This document shows positions 18,285 to 27,587 of a stretch of 40,030 nucleotides of DNA, piece by piece. The DNA is taken from positions 62,001 through 102,030 of the forward strand of contig JACPAV010000012.1 in NCBI GenBank assembly GCA_016180645.1, written 5' to 3'. Under the pieces are notes generated by a model. That model did no database searches. It was not told the DNA's origin and saw only the letters and a program-made list of their open reading frames with translations. The stretch comes from Nitrospirota bacterium (lineage in GTDB: Bacteria; JACPQY01). A program made the position numbers and the translations under genes. Within the stretch, counting starts at the first letter, position 1. The number at the start of each line of letters is the position of its first letter.

Positions 18285-20459
18285 CTAGCCCTGGAGCGCC
18301 TTCTGTTTGGATTCGAAGTATTGGGCGACGTGCTTTGCATCCATCGGTTGGCTGAAGAGGTAGCCCTGCCCGTAACGGCAGCCGAGACATTTCAGGCGAC
18401 GAAGCTGCTCCGCCGTCTCCACGCCCTCGGCCACCACATCCATGCACAGGCTGGTCGCGAGGACGCAGATGGTCTTGATGACCTCCGAACTTTCTTCATC
18501 GATGCCGAGCCGTTTGACAAACGTTCGGTCCACTTTCAGGGCGTTGAAATTGAATCGATGGAGGTAGCTCAGGGACGAATACCCCGTTCCGAAGTCGTCG
18601 ATCACCAACTGGATGCCTCGATCCTTGAGCTGAAGCAGGATGGCGGTGACGGCCACCGTGTCTCCCGTGGTCACACTTTCGCTTATCTCAAGGCGGAGGG
18701 AGCGCGGGTCCAGCTGGGTATCCCGGAGGATGCGGTCGATCCGGGCAACAAGATCGATCTTGGCGATTCGCTTGCCTGAAAGTTTGACGCTGATGGTGAA
18801 GGAAGGGGGAAGCTTGAATTTCAATTGCCACTCCCGCATCTGGCGGCAGGCATGGTCCAGCATCCAGAAGCTGATGGGGGTGATCAGGCCTGTCTCCTCC
18901 GCAATCGGGAGGAATTCTCCAGGCAGGATCACTTTGCCGCTGGGGTGTTTCCACCGCAGAAGGCACTCGAGTCCGATGTCCTTCCCTGATTCCAGGTCTA
19001 CAATGGTCTGGTAATCCGCGGCCAGTTGGCCGCGATCGACGGCTTTTCGAAGGTCCACCTCGAGGTTCAGCTTGGCCACGGCCCAGGACCGCATTTCGAG
19101 GTCGAAGATCTCATGCCGCGCGCCGCCGTCCGCCTTTGCCCGATACATGGCGGTATCCGCATCGCGAAGCATCTCGTGAGCGCCGGTATACCCGGTGGTA
19201 CTGATCGCAACCCCAATAGATGCCGAGGTCTGCACTTCATGCTTGCCGAGCTCGAAGGGGCGGGCAATCTCCTGCTGAATCCGTTGCACGATACGCAGGG
19301 CACCGACTGCATCTTTTACGTCGTCCAGCAACACGGCAAATTCATCCCCGCCAAACCGTGTGACGGCGTCGCCCGGTCGGAGGCAGGCTTCGAGCCGGCG
19401 GGCCGCCTCGACCAGAAGAAGATCGCCGACGGGATGCCCCAGGCTGTCGTTGATGAACTTGAAGCGGTCAAGGTCGATAAACAGGACGGCCAGGGCGTAT
19501 TCCGGGTTGCGATGGGTTCGAGCCAAGAGCCGCTCGACCCGGTCGAGGAACAGCGCGCGATTCGGTAGACCCGTAAGGGTGTCGTGCATTCGGCGTTTGC
19601 TGACGTCGCTCACCGATCCAGCCATGCGATGAGGGGAACCGTCACTGCCCAACACGCCGAGACCGCGGTTCAGGACCCAGCGGTAGGTCCCGTCCCGGTG
19701 CAACATGCGATATTCCTCCTCAAAGGTAAGCTGGGTTCCCTTGGTGACGGCATCCACCGCGCTTCTGACCGTGAAGATGTCATTCGGATGGACCCGGCTG
19801 AACCATTCGTCGGGCTTATTCTCGAGTTCCGTCTCCCCGTAGCCGATCATGGCCTTCCAACGAGGGGAGAACTGAATCAGATTCGTCGTGAGATCCCATT
19901 CCCACAAGCCGTCGTTGGCCGCCTGAACGGCAAGGGAATAGACGGGATGCTCCGCCACCTCAGGTTTCTGGACGAGTGCGGCGAGGAGTTGTCGGCCACC
20001 GATGGTGACCCGGGTGAGACGGACGGTGACGGGAATGGGCTCCCCGTCGTGTTTCATTCCATGCAACGCGATTCTTCGCCCGAGCAATCCCCAGGTCGTC
20101 CGCCCGAATTCCACGGGATCAACGGGGATCCTGAAGCCATTGTCTCCCACAAGGAATTTGCCCAGAGGGCGGCCCAGGAAGGCATGCGCAGGCAGGCCCC
20201 ACATGGTTTCGATTTCCCGATTCAGCATGAGGATCGTTCCGGCGGAATCCGCCGTGAAAATGCCTTCGCCGATGCCATCCAAAATCGCCCGTATGTCGGG
20301 CATGGAATCGAAAGCATCCGCGGGATTGCCGTGACCCTTCGGACCAAACTTGCGGTCTGTGGCAGAAGCCGTCCGAACCGGTCCCTCCGCGCTCTGGACT
20401 CCTTCATCGAAAGGGCCGGCCGGGAATGTCCCTTCCGCCATCGTTCCACTTCCCTTCAT
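18285..20459 (-). CDS. PAS-PAS-GGDEF-EAL c-di-GMP enzyme
   Basis: HDTLTGLPNR, DLDRFK, RPGD I-site + GGDEF; ECLLRW, DDFGTGYSS, EGVET. Confidence 0.94.
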   Translation of the reverse strand: MKGSGTMAEGTFPAGPFDEGVQSAEGPVRTASATDRKFGPKGHGNPADAFDSMPDIRAILDGIGEGIFTADSAGTILMLNREIETMWGLPAHAFLGRPLGKFLVGDNGFRIPVDPVEFGRTTWGLLGRRIALHGMKHDGEPIPVTVRLTRVTIGGRQLLAALVQKPEVAEHPVYSLAVQAANDGLWEWDLTTNLIQFSPRWKAMIGYGETELENKPDEWFSRVHPNDIFTVRSAVDAVTKGTQLTFEEEYRMLHRDGTYRWVLNRGLGVLGSDGSPHRMAGSVSDVSKRRMHDTLTGLPNRALFLDRVERLLARTHRNPEYALAVLFIDLDRFKFINDSLGHPVGDLLLVEAARRLEACLRPGDAVTRFGGDEFAVLLDDVKDAVGALRIVQRIQQEIARPFELGKHEVQTSASIGVAISTTGYTGAHEMLRDADTAMYRAKADGGARHEIFDLEMRSWAVAKLNLEVDLRKAVDRGQLAADYQTIVDLESGKDIGLECLLRWKHPSGKVILPGEFLPIAEETGLITPISFWMLDHACRQMREWQLKFKLPPSFTISVKLSGKRIAKIDLVARIDRILRDTQLDPRSLRLEISESVTTGDTVAVTAILLQLKDRGIQLVIDDFGTGYSSLSYLHRFNFNALKVDRTFVKRLGIDEESSEVIKTICVLATSLCMDVVAEGVETAEQLRRLKCLGCRYGQGYLFSQPMDAKHVAQYFESKQKALQG

Positions 20460-21568
20460 AGCGCCACCTCAACGACGTGCATCGGAGACTCATGGGCACT
20501 CCGAGTGGTGGAATTCTCCTTCAGGTCGGCCGCTTCCAGCACGGCCCGGAATTCATCCAGCAGGCGCCGGTCTCTCCATCCCTTGTCGGCTTCCGCCACC
20601 AAGATCCCAAAGGCGTCCTCGTGGGAAAGCGCTTTCCGGTAGACGCGTCCGCTGGTGATCGCGTCGTAAATATCCGCAATGGTGACAATGCGGGCTTCGA
20701 TCGAGATGGCGTTATCGGACAGACCCTGGGGATAACCCGACCCATCCAGACGCTCGTGGTGGGCGAGCACGACCGGAACCGCTCCCCTCAGTGAGTTCAT
20801 CTGACCGATGAGGTCCCGGCCCATCAAGGGATGTTGCTGGATTTCCTTATACTCGGCCGGGGTCAGGGGTCCGGGTTTCAGGAGGATGCTGTCGCGGATG
20901 GAAATCTTGCCCAGGTCGTGGAGGAGGGCGCCTCTGCGGATGCTCCTCTGCGCAGTGTCCGGAAGTCCCACCCGTTTGGCAAGCCGGCTCGCCAGTTCAG
21001 ACACCCGTTCGCTGTGCCGCGCGGTGTACGCGTCGCGCGCATCAATGCTTCTGGCGAGTGAAATGATGACTTGCTCGGCTTGATCGAGATCGTCCGTGAA
21101 GAACTTCAACTGAATCAGCGAACGCACACGGGCGATCAGTTCCACGGAGGAGAAAGGCTTGGAGAGGAAGTCCGTGGCTCCGGATTCGATGGCATGGATC
21201 TTATCCCTGCGCGTTCCCGCTCCGGTGAGCATGATGATGGGGAGGAGGCGGGTTCGGGGATCCGACCGAAGCTCAACAACGACGTCATTTCCGGAACGGT
21301 CGGGAAGATGGAGGTCCAATAGGATGAGATCCGGTGGGGAACCACGTACGTAGCGCAGCGCGCCTTCCACAGTGCCCTCTTCATGGATCGAGAATCCAAG
21401 GGGCCTGAGCAATTCACATACGGCGGTGCGGATTTCGATGTCGTCGTCAACGACGAGCAGCCGGCCGACTGGATTTCCGGGAGGGGAAGGGCCCTCCGCT
21501 GATGCTGATGAATTCATTGTACGTCTCCGATTCGTGGCTTCAATGGGCGAAGCCTTCCTGTTTCGCAT
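20456..21568 (-). CDS. REC + HD-GYP phosphodiesterase (RpfG-like)
   Basis: VVDDD, LLDLHLP and KP receiver motifs; HSERV, HDLGK, HHERLDGSGYP. Confidence 0.94.
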   Translation of the reverse strand: MRNRKASPIEATNRRRTMNSSASAEGPSPPGNPVGRLLVVDDDIEIRTAVCELLRPLGFSIHEEGTVEGALRYVRGSPPDLILLDLHLPDRSGNDVVVELRSDPRTRLLPIIMLTGAGTRRDKIHAIESGATDFLSKPFSSVELIARVRSLIQLKFFTDDLDQAEQVIISLARSIDARDAYTARHSERVSELASRLAKRVGLPDTAQRSIRRGALLHDLGKISIRDSILLKPGPLTPAEYKEIQQHPLMGRDLIGQMNSLRGAVPVVLAHHERLDGSGYPQGLSDNAISIEARIVTIADIYDAITSGRVYRKALSHEDAFGILVAEADKGWRDRRLLDEFRAVLEAADLKENSTTRSAHESPMHVVEVAL

Positions 21569-21990
21569 AGCTCCATTTTCTTTTCCTCAAGGCGTTCCCA
21601 TCCATGCCCCTCCGTTCATGCCTTGACGGATAGACCACTACAGACTGATAGGAATGAACGGGTTGCGCGGAAATCGAAAGCGAGGCGGTACTAGATATCG
21701 CTTACGCGATGATCGGCCAAAACTGCGTCCATAGAATCCTCCATGATTCATTGGGGATCGCCACGGTCGCCATTTTTCCGGCACACATATGTGCGATCCC
21801 TTTACACAGCCCCCCTGTGTATTTTTCTTATACCAATAAAGACCAGGAATGTCAACATTTACCCCACAAAAAAAACAGCTATTCTTATCCAATTTATTCT
21901 GCTCGTCTCGGTGCGGCCGGCCGATCCCATGTGCAGGGCTGCGCGGTCGCAATTCGTGGTTGTCCATCGGGTCGAAAGATAGCAGTGCAC

Positions 21991-22030
21991 CATCACGCGC
22001 AAGTCACGCAGATGTCACGCCTGAGTCAAT
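21991..22030 (+). promoter_or_regulatory. Pho-box-like array: four half-sites with an exact 11-bp period
   Basis: TCACGC at 21993, 22004 and 22015, TCAAT at 22026; upstream of a PhoB/OmpR-family gene. Confidence 0.6.
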
Positions 22031-22194
22031 TCTTTCATCTGTCTGAAATTTTCGACGAGGGCAGCGGATACCCAGTTTCGCCCCCAAGAAGACAGTTGGG
22101 TGCACGGGAGGATCTCAGGACTCGGCCTCCGGGTACGCAAACCCGAGGTCCTCCCCTGCTTGAAACCTCCGACGGGAATCCATACCATGTGCGA

Positions 22195-22872
22195 ATGACG
22201 CAAACCATTCTTGTCGTCGACGACGACCCCAATATCCAGAGAATTCTGCAATACACTCTGAGCCAGGCGGGGTTCCATGTGAAGCCGGCCTTGGAGGCGC
22301 GTCGGGCGCTCGACTATGCGCGTGCCAAGGCGCCGGATCTGGTCGTTCTCGATATCCAACTGCCGGACCTTTCCGGAATTGAAGTGTGCAGGCTGCTCAA
22401 AGAGGATCCTCGCACGAGGGAGATTCCAATCATCATGCTGACGGTTCGGGGCGGGGAGTCGGACAAGGTGTCGGCCTTCGAGACCGGCAGCGAAGACTAC
22501 ATGACCAAACCTTTCAGCACGAAAGAACTCCTCCTGCGCGTGCGGGCCCTGCTGCAACGATCCGGAAAGCCCGAAGCCCTCCGGACTCTTCAGGCCGGTG
22601 AACTGACGATGGACCTCGCAGGTCACCGGGCCGAACTGAAGGGCAAACCAATCGAGTTGACGGCCGTCGAATTCCGCCTCCTAGCGCATCTTGTCCAGAA
22701 TCCGGGCGTGGTGATCGAAAGGGACATGCTGCTTGATCGTGTATGGGGCATCGAGGCGGAAATCGACACGCGTACGGTTGACACCCATGTCTGGCGCTTG
22801 AGAAACAAACTGGGGCCACTCGGTCGCAACATCCAAACCGTCCGGAATGTAGGTTACCGCTTCTCGATCTAG
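22195..22872 (+). CDS. OmpR/PhoB-family response regulator
   Basis: MTQTILVVDDD, LDIQLP, KPFS, RTVDTHVWRLRNKL, TVRNVGYRF; true start is ATG 22195. Confidence 0.93.
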   Translation: MTQTILVVDDDPNIQRILQYTLSQAGFHVKPALEARRALDYARAKAPDLVVLDIQLPDLSGIEVCRLLKEDPRTREIPIIMLTVRGGESDKVSAFETGSEDYMTKPFSTKELLLRVRALLQRSGKPEALRTLQAGELTMDLAGHRAELKGKPIELTAVEFRLLAHLVQNPGVVIERDMLLDRVWGIEAEIDTRTVDTHVWRLRNKLGPLGRNIQTVRNVGYRFSI

Positions 22873-23086
22873 TGCACCGTGCAGGAGAATTTGGCGACTT
22901 GCATGCACGATGCTGCCCTGTGAAGGAATGCTGGAGGGGGTAATGAGGTCGGTCGTCATGGCCGTCATGCCAATCACGATCCATGAAAATCGCTTGGGAG
23001 ATGCAGGAGAGGGAGGAACGTTACTAGGAAGATAGATTCTTGAGGTATGCGGGCAACGGCTTCAGGCAAGGGAATTGGAACATTTG

Positions 23087-23450
23087 TTAGGAGAAGAGGT
23101 CACGGAATATCTTGATTGTGTCCCGAGTGTCACGAGCCGTGAGCCTGCCTAATCGGGTGATCACGAGTCCCTTCGACACCGTCGCGATCTTTGCAAGCCG
23201 AACCGTGGAGGGCAAGGGCAATCCTGCTTCATCCGAATCTTGCAACGGATGGTCTCCCGGACCCGGTTTCTCTCTTCTGGCCACTTTCGAGGTGATCTGG
23301 GCAGTCACAAGGTCCGGCAGCGCTTCAATCTTCCTCGCGCGGCTGAGAACCAAGGCCGGGCGTTTCTTGGAGGCGGTTGGGTCGTCGAAAGGGAAGGGGA
23401 CGAGGACAACGTCACCGGGTCGGTAGCGCGCGCTGAGGCGGTGGCTTCAA
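23087..23450 (-). pseudogene. PemK/MazF-family toxin lacking an in-frame start at its 5' end
   Basis: The frame reads YRPGDVVLVPFPFDDPTASKKRPALVLS..AQITSK..GLPLPSTVRLAKIATV but hits TGA at 23447-23449 upstream. TTG at 23450 is one base out of frame, across a GCGCGCGC run (23426-23433). Confidence 0.75.
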
Positions 23451-23535
23451 GAGGCCTTGGAGAACTCGGCCCAGTTGGCGCAGCATCCCGGTTCGGGGTC
23501 GGGGCATTCCTGCGTGAAGAACCTGGCGCGCAACC

Positions 23536-24984
23536 TCACGAGCCATCCGTCTCCCAACCATTCTGTCGCACGAGTTGTTTCACCCGCGCCGCGATCTCCT
23601 CGCGGATCCGGCGGACCTCCGCAAGGGGACGACCCTTCGGGTCCTGGATGGCCCAGTCTTCGACTTTCGCGCCGGGGATCAACGGGCATTCTTCCCCGCA
23701 ACCCATCGTAATAAGCCACGAAGCGCCTTTTGAAAGTTCCACGGTCAACCGCCGCGGTTGCATTCGGCTTGCGTCCATGCCGACCTCCTTCAGGACCTCG
23801 ACGACTTCCGGATGAACCCGCTCCGCCGGGCGAGTCCCAGCCGACAGGGCCCGCGCCTTTCCCGGATCCGCCAGCAAATTGAATATCGCCGAGGCCATCT
23901 GTGAGCGTCCCGCGTTGTGGACGCAGGCGAAGATCACCTTCGTTGCAAAGAACCTCCGCCGGAATGCCAGCGACACGTTCACCAATGCCATGAGAACGGG
24001 CACTTCGACCAGGGGACCGATCACGGCGGCAAAGGCGGCGCCGGAATCGATTCCAAAGACCGCGACCGCGACCGCGATGGCCAGCTCGAAGTTGTTGCTC
24101 GCCGCCGTGAATGAGAGCGTGGCCGTCTTCGGGTAGTCCACCCCGATCTTCCGGCCCATCCAGAAGGAGACCAGGAACATCGCGACGAAGTAGATCAGCA
24201 ACGGCGCCGCGATCCGCAGGACATCGAGCGGAAGTTTCACGATGAGTTCGCCCTTCAAGCTGAACATCACCAGGATCGTGAAGAGAAGCGCGACCAGCGT
24301 GATGGGGCTGACCCTGGGGATGAACCGTGTCTCGTACCAAGTCCTGCCCTTGGCCTTCACCAGGACGAAGCGCGTGAACATGCCGGCGAGGAACGGGATC
24401 CCGAGGTAGATGAAGACGCTCTCCGCAATTTGCCCCATCCCGATCTCGACGACGCTTCCGCTCAGGCCGAAGAGCGGCGGCAGGACGGTGATGAAGAGGT
24501 AGGCGTAAACCGAGTAGAAAAGCACCTGGAAAATGGAGTTGAAGGCGACAAGACCCGCAGCGTATTCGGTGTCGCCCTTCGCAAGGTCGTTCCATACGAT
24601 GACCATGGCGATGCAGCGGGCCAGGCCGATCATGATGAGGCCGACCATGTACTCGGGGTGGCCGCGCAGGAAGAGGATCGCCAGGAAGAACATCAGGATC
24701 GGCCCGACGATCCAGTTCTGCGCGAGCGAGAGCCCAAGGACCTTCCCATCGCGGAAAACATCGCCCAGCTCTTCGTACTTCACCTTGGCCAGCGGTGGGT
24801 ACATCATCAGGATCATTCCGATGGCGATGGGGATGTTCGTCGTGCCGCTCTGGAAGCGGTTGACGAACGCCTCGGCGCCGGGGATGGCGTAGCCCACGCC
24901 GACTCCCGCCGCCATGGCCAGAAAGATCCACAGGGTGAGGTAACGATCCAGGAAGGAAAGCCGGCGGAGTGAAGTCACGGTCAA
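23536..24984 (-). CDS. acr3: ACR3 arsenite efflux permease fused to an LMWP-type arsenate reductase (ArsC)
   Basis: [47 protein letters not shown], followed directly by [25 protein letters not shown]. Start taken as TTG 24984 after GAGAGGG (alternative ATG 25014). Confidence 0.93.
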   Translation of the reverse strand: MTVTSLRRLSFLDRYLTLWIFLAMAAGVGVGYAIPGAEAFVNRFQSGTTNIPIAIGMILMMYPPLAKVKYEELGDVFRDGKVLGLSLAQNWIVGPILMFFLAILFLRGHPEYMVGLIMIGLARCIAMVIVWNDLAKGDTEYAAGLVAFNSIFQVLFYSVYAYLFITVLPPLFGLSGSVVEIGMGQIAESVFIYLGIPFLAGMFTRFVLVKAKGRTWYETRFIPRVSPITLVALLFTILVMFSLKGELIVKLPLDVLRIAAPLLIYFVAMFLVSFWMGRKIGVDYPKTATLSFTAASNNFELAIAVAVAVFGIDSGAAFAAVIGPLVEVPVLMALVNVSLAFRRRFFATKVIFACVHNAGRSQMASAIFNLLADPGKARALSAGTRPAERVHPEVVEVLKEVGMDASRMQPRRLTVELSKGASWLITMGCGEECPLIPGAKVEDWAIQDPKGRPLAEVRRIREEIAARVKQLVRQNGWETDGS

Positions 24985-25004
24985 AGTTCCCTCTCGACCT
25001 GATG

Positions 25005-25364
25005 TCACCGACATGCGGCCGGTCCCATCGTCTTCCGCAGACGCAGCAGTTTCCTCACGAGGCGATCGTCGATGCGCGGCGACCGGGTCAAGGCCTGGAG
25101 AAGACGTCCGCGTTCGGGCTCGTCTTGAGGACGCAAACGATAACGCATCCAAGTCCCCTCCCGGCGGACCTCCACCAGCCCGGCGCCGCGGAGCACGGCG
25201 AGGTGGCGCGACACGTTGGGTTGGGAAGTCTCCAGGGCTGCCTGGAGATGGCAAACGCAAAGTTCGCCGTGGGAGAGGAGCGCTACGATCTGGAGTCGTG
25301 TTTCATCTCCGAGAGCCCTGAAGAGCTCCGCGAGCGATCGGGACCTTTGCTCGATGCGGATCAC
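25005..25364 (-). CDS. arsR: ArsR/SmtB repressor, As(III)-sensing type
   Basis: [30 protein letters not shown]. Confidence 0.92.
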   Translation of the reverse strand: MIRIEQRSRSLAELFRALGDETRLQIVALLSHGELCVCHLQAALETSQPNVSRHLAVLRGAGLVEVRREGTWMRYRLRPQDEPERGRLLQALTRSPRIDDRLVRKLLRLRKTMGPAACR

Positions 25365-25372
25365 TATATGTG

Positions 25373-25402
25373 TATATTCGCATTTAGGAATATAAGTGTC
25401 AA
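25373..25402 (-). promoter_or_regulatory. Sigma70 promoter of the ars operon with an overlapping inverted-repeat operator
   Basis: TTGACA (25402-25397)-17 nt-GAATAT on the minus strand; IR TATATTC-N8-GAATATA (25373-25394); the GTG start lies about 10 nt downstream. Confidence 0.7.
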
Positions 25403-25471
25403 GACCACGGATCCTTGGCTCGAAGATAGGCGCCCTTTCACAGGCCCGTGGCCGGGGTTGATAATCATCCT

Positions 25472-25627
25472 ATGGGACCAATTCGGTTGGGGATCCAGAT
25501 CGACGGCCGCCGATGCTGGACGCTGTTCGACTCCGGCGCGCGGAACACGTACGTGGTTGTCGATGCGGCAGGGGGATTGCCCCGACGGGTTATCTTCCAG
25601 GTGTGTATGAGAGGGGTTGTAGTGTGA
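25472..25627 (+). pseudogene. 51-aa N-terminal fragment of a retropepsin-like aspartic protease
   Basis: MGPIRLGIQIDGRRCWTLFDSGARNTYVV.. carries the hydrophobic-D(S/T)GA motif; about half the normal domain length. Confidence 0.55.
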
Positions 25628-25664
25628 AGGCGGAGGGGGTGGACCGTGGGACGACGGGAACGCC

Positions 25665-27569
25665 CTATTCCGTGTCCTCGTCCTCTTCCGGCAGGAAGCC
25701 CTTGGAGAAGTCGCCGGGTTCGTGGCATTCGCGGCAGGCCTCGTGAGAGATGGTGACCGGGCCGCGCGATCCGACGGTGTGGCACACGGTGCACATTTTC
25801 TCCTTCGGATAGTCTTCCTTGAGTTCCTCGAAGTGATCGCCGTGCACAAACATTTCTGAGGAGAACTTCACTTCCACTTCCACGCCCTCCATGTTCTTAT
25901 GGCAGGAGAGGCACGATCGGCCCGCGGCGCGGGTTTCCTCATGGTGGCAGGTGTGGCAACTGTCGGCCGGGACCTTCGCCTTCGGCGGATGGTCGCCGGG
26001 ATGGCACAAGGTACAGGCCGTTGCTTCTTTGACGTGGACGTCGTGCCGCATCTTCTTACCGGCCGCTTCGACGAATTCCGCCCCTTCAAGTCCGCCATGG
26101 CAGACGACGGTGCAGTTCTCCTGGTCGAACGACCGGGGGAGGGCGACCGGGAACGTGAAGCCGGCCAGTGAGGCCACCATTTTCAGATCCTCAGCGCCCT
26201 TCTTGAGAAGATCCACCGAGTAGAACGGGTTGTGGATGGGCTTGGCCATCCGGACGAGTCGGGCGTTGGATTCGGCGCGCTTGATCAGGTTGTGGATCTT
26301 CCGCCCCTTCGGTCCATTCAATTTCGCCGTTTTCTGTCGAGATTTTTCCACCCCAATCAGAACCGTCGAAATCATGTTCTCCACCACCGGAGTCATGTGC
26401 CGGTCGAACCGCTTGAACTCATTTTCGTGGCACGAGGCGCAGGAGAGTGTGCCGGCCACCTTGGTCTGGCCCTCCCAGACCGCCTCGGATCGGGAGTGCT
26501 TCGGGATGACGTGGCACCCGGCGCAACTGATGCCCACGATGGCCATCGGATCCGGGCGGGCTTTCACGCCTTCACCGCCGATGCCGAGATACAAGTCCCG
26601 CGGCGGGTTGTGCATGTACTCATGGCAGCTCTGGCACTGCTGGTTCTGCGTTTCCGCCAAGTGCTTGTTGAACTCGTGCTTGATGGGATCGTGGCAACTC
26701 TCGCACTCGATCTTGTGCACGGACGTATGTTCGATGTGCATCTCGTCCACATTCCCGGCTTTCTCCAGTTTCTCCGGCTCGTTGTGGCAGTTGAAACAGC
26801 GGCGGCTGTCCGTCCGTCCGTCGCCGCTCACGACATCCGCGTGGCACCGGGTGCACTCGATATTCCGTTTCACGAAATCCTTGTGCTCGGCTTTGAAGCC
26901 CGCCGCTTCGATGGTCTTGTCGGGCGGACCGTGGCAGACGCCGCACTTCCCCAGTTTGGAGTCCTGGGCGATCTTTTGCTTTTCATGCAGGTGGCAGAGA
27001 AAGCAGGTGCCCTCGGTCACCTGGACGTGCGACCCGATCACCATCTGCGAGTGGCAACTGGTGCAGCGGAGCTTCATCCCCCGGCGCATCTCCGTGAGGT
27101 GCGGCTTGTGGTCGAAATGGATCTCTCGATCTTTGATCTTCCAGGTGACTTTGCTCTTCAGGAGCCGTGTCTCATGGCAGCCGCTGCGAAGGCACGAGGC
27201 ATCGCTGATCTCGGCGAACGGCTTGCTCGTGTAGGTGTGGGTGACGTAGGAGACGAGCTGTTTGAGCGCCTTCCACTTTCCGCGCATCTCATTCAGCGCA
27301 CCCGGTTCGAAGTGGCATTCGACGCAGTAGATGTCCTTGTGGCTGGAGTGTTTCCACGATTCGACGTAGGGCTCCATGAAATGGCAGGAATTGCAGAAAG
27401 TGGGGGTCACCGAGAACTTGTAGCCCGCGACCAGCGCGGCAAAAAGCGCGATGAAGATGAGTCCGGCCAGGCTTCCGACCCGGATCGCAATTCCCACCGG
27501 GTCCTTCCGGCTGAATCCCGTCAGCCAGCCGATATAGCGACGTAATCTGCTCTTCCACGCTTCAACCAT
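25665..27569 (-). CDS. Membrane-anchored multiheme cytochrome c with a NapC/NirT-like N-terminus
   Basis: N-terminal TM helix, TPTFCNSCHFM..W..SSH..CVECH; 16 CxxCH plus CLRSGCH and CTVVCH. Confidence 0.92.
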   Translation of the reverse strand: MVEAWKSRLRRYIGWLTGFSRKDPVGIAIRVGSLAGLIFIALFAALVAGYKFSVTPTFCNSCHFMEPYVESWKHSSHKDIYCVECHFEPGALNEMRGKWKALKQLVSYVTHTYTSKPFAEISDASCLRSGCHETRLLKSKVTWKIKDREIHFDHKPHLTEMRRGMKLRCTSCHSQMVIGSHVQVTEGTCFLCHLHEKQKIAQDSKLGKCGVCHGPPDKTIEAAGFKAEHKDFVKRNIECTRCHADVVSGDGRTDSRRCFNCHNEPEKLEKAGNVDEMHIEHTSVHKIECESCHDPIKHEFNKHLAETQNQQCQSCHEYMHNPPRDLYLGIGGEGVKARPDPMAIVGISCAGCHVIPKHSRSEAVWEGQTKVAGTLSCASCHENEFKRFDRHMTPVVENMISTVLIGVEKSRQKTAKLNGPKGRKIHNLIKRAESNARLVRMAKPIHNPFYSVDLLKKGAEDLKMVASLAGFTFPVALPRSFDQENCTVVCHGGLEGAEFVEAAGKKMRHDVHVKEATACTLCHPGDHPPKAKVPADSCHTCHHEETRAAGRSCLSCHKNMEGVEVEVKFSSEMFVHGDHFEELKEDYPKEKMCTVCHTVGSRGPVTISHEACRECHEPGDFSKGFLPEEDEDTE

Positions 27570-27587
27570 TTTCCGAAACTCCTCCGT

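Noticed and set aside
21709-22194. 162-aa N-terminal extension of the OmpR regulator
   Set aside because: It crosses the AT-rich promoter region and the repeat array; the receiver domain starts at ATG 22195.
23447-24931. 494-aa alternative-frame ORF and possible TGA readthrough into the MazF-like frame
   Set aside because: Arg/Gly/Pro-rich off-frame shadow of acr3; I saw no support for selenocysteine or readthrough.
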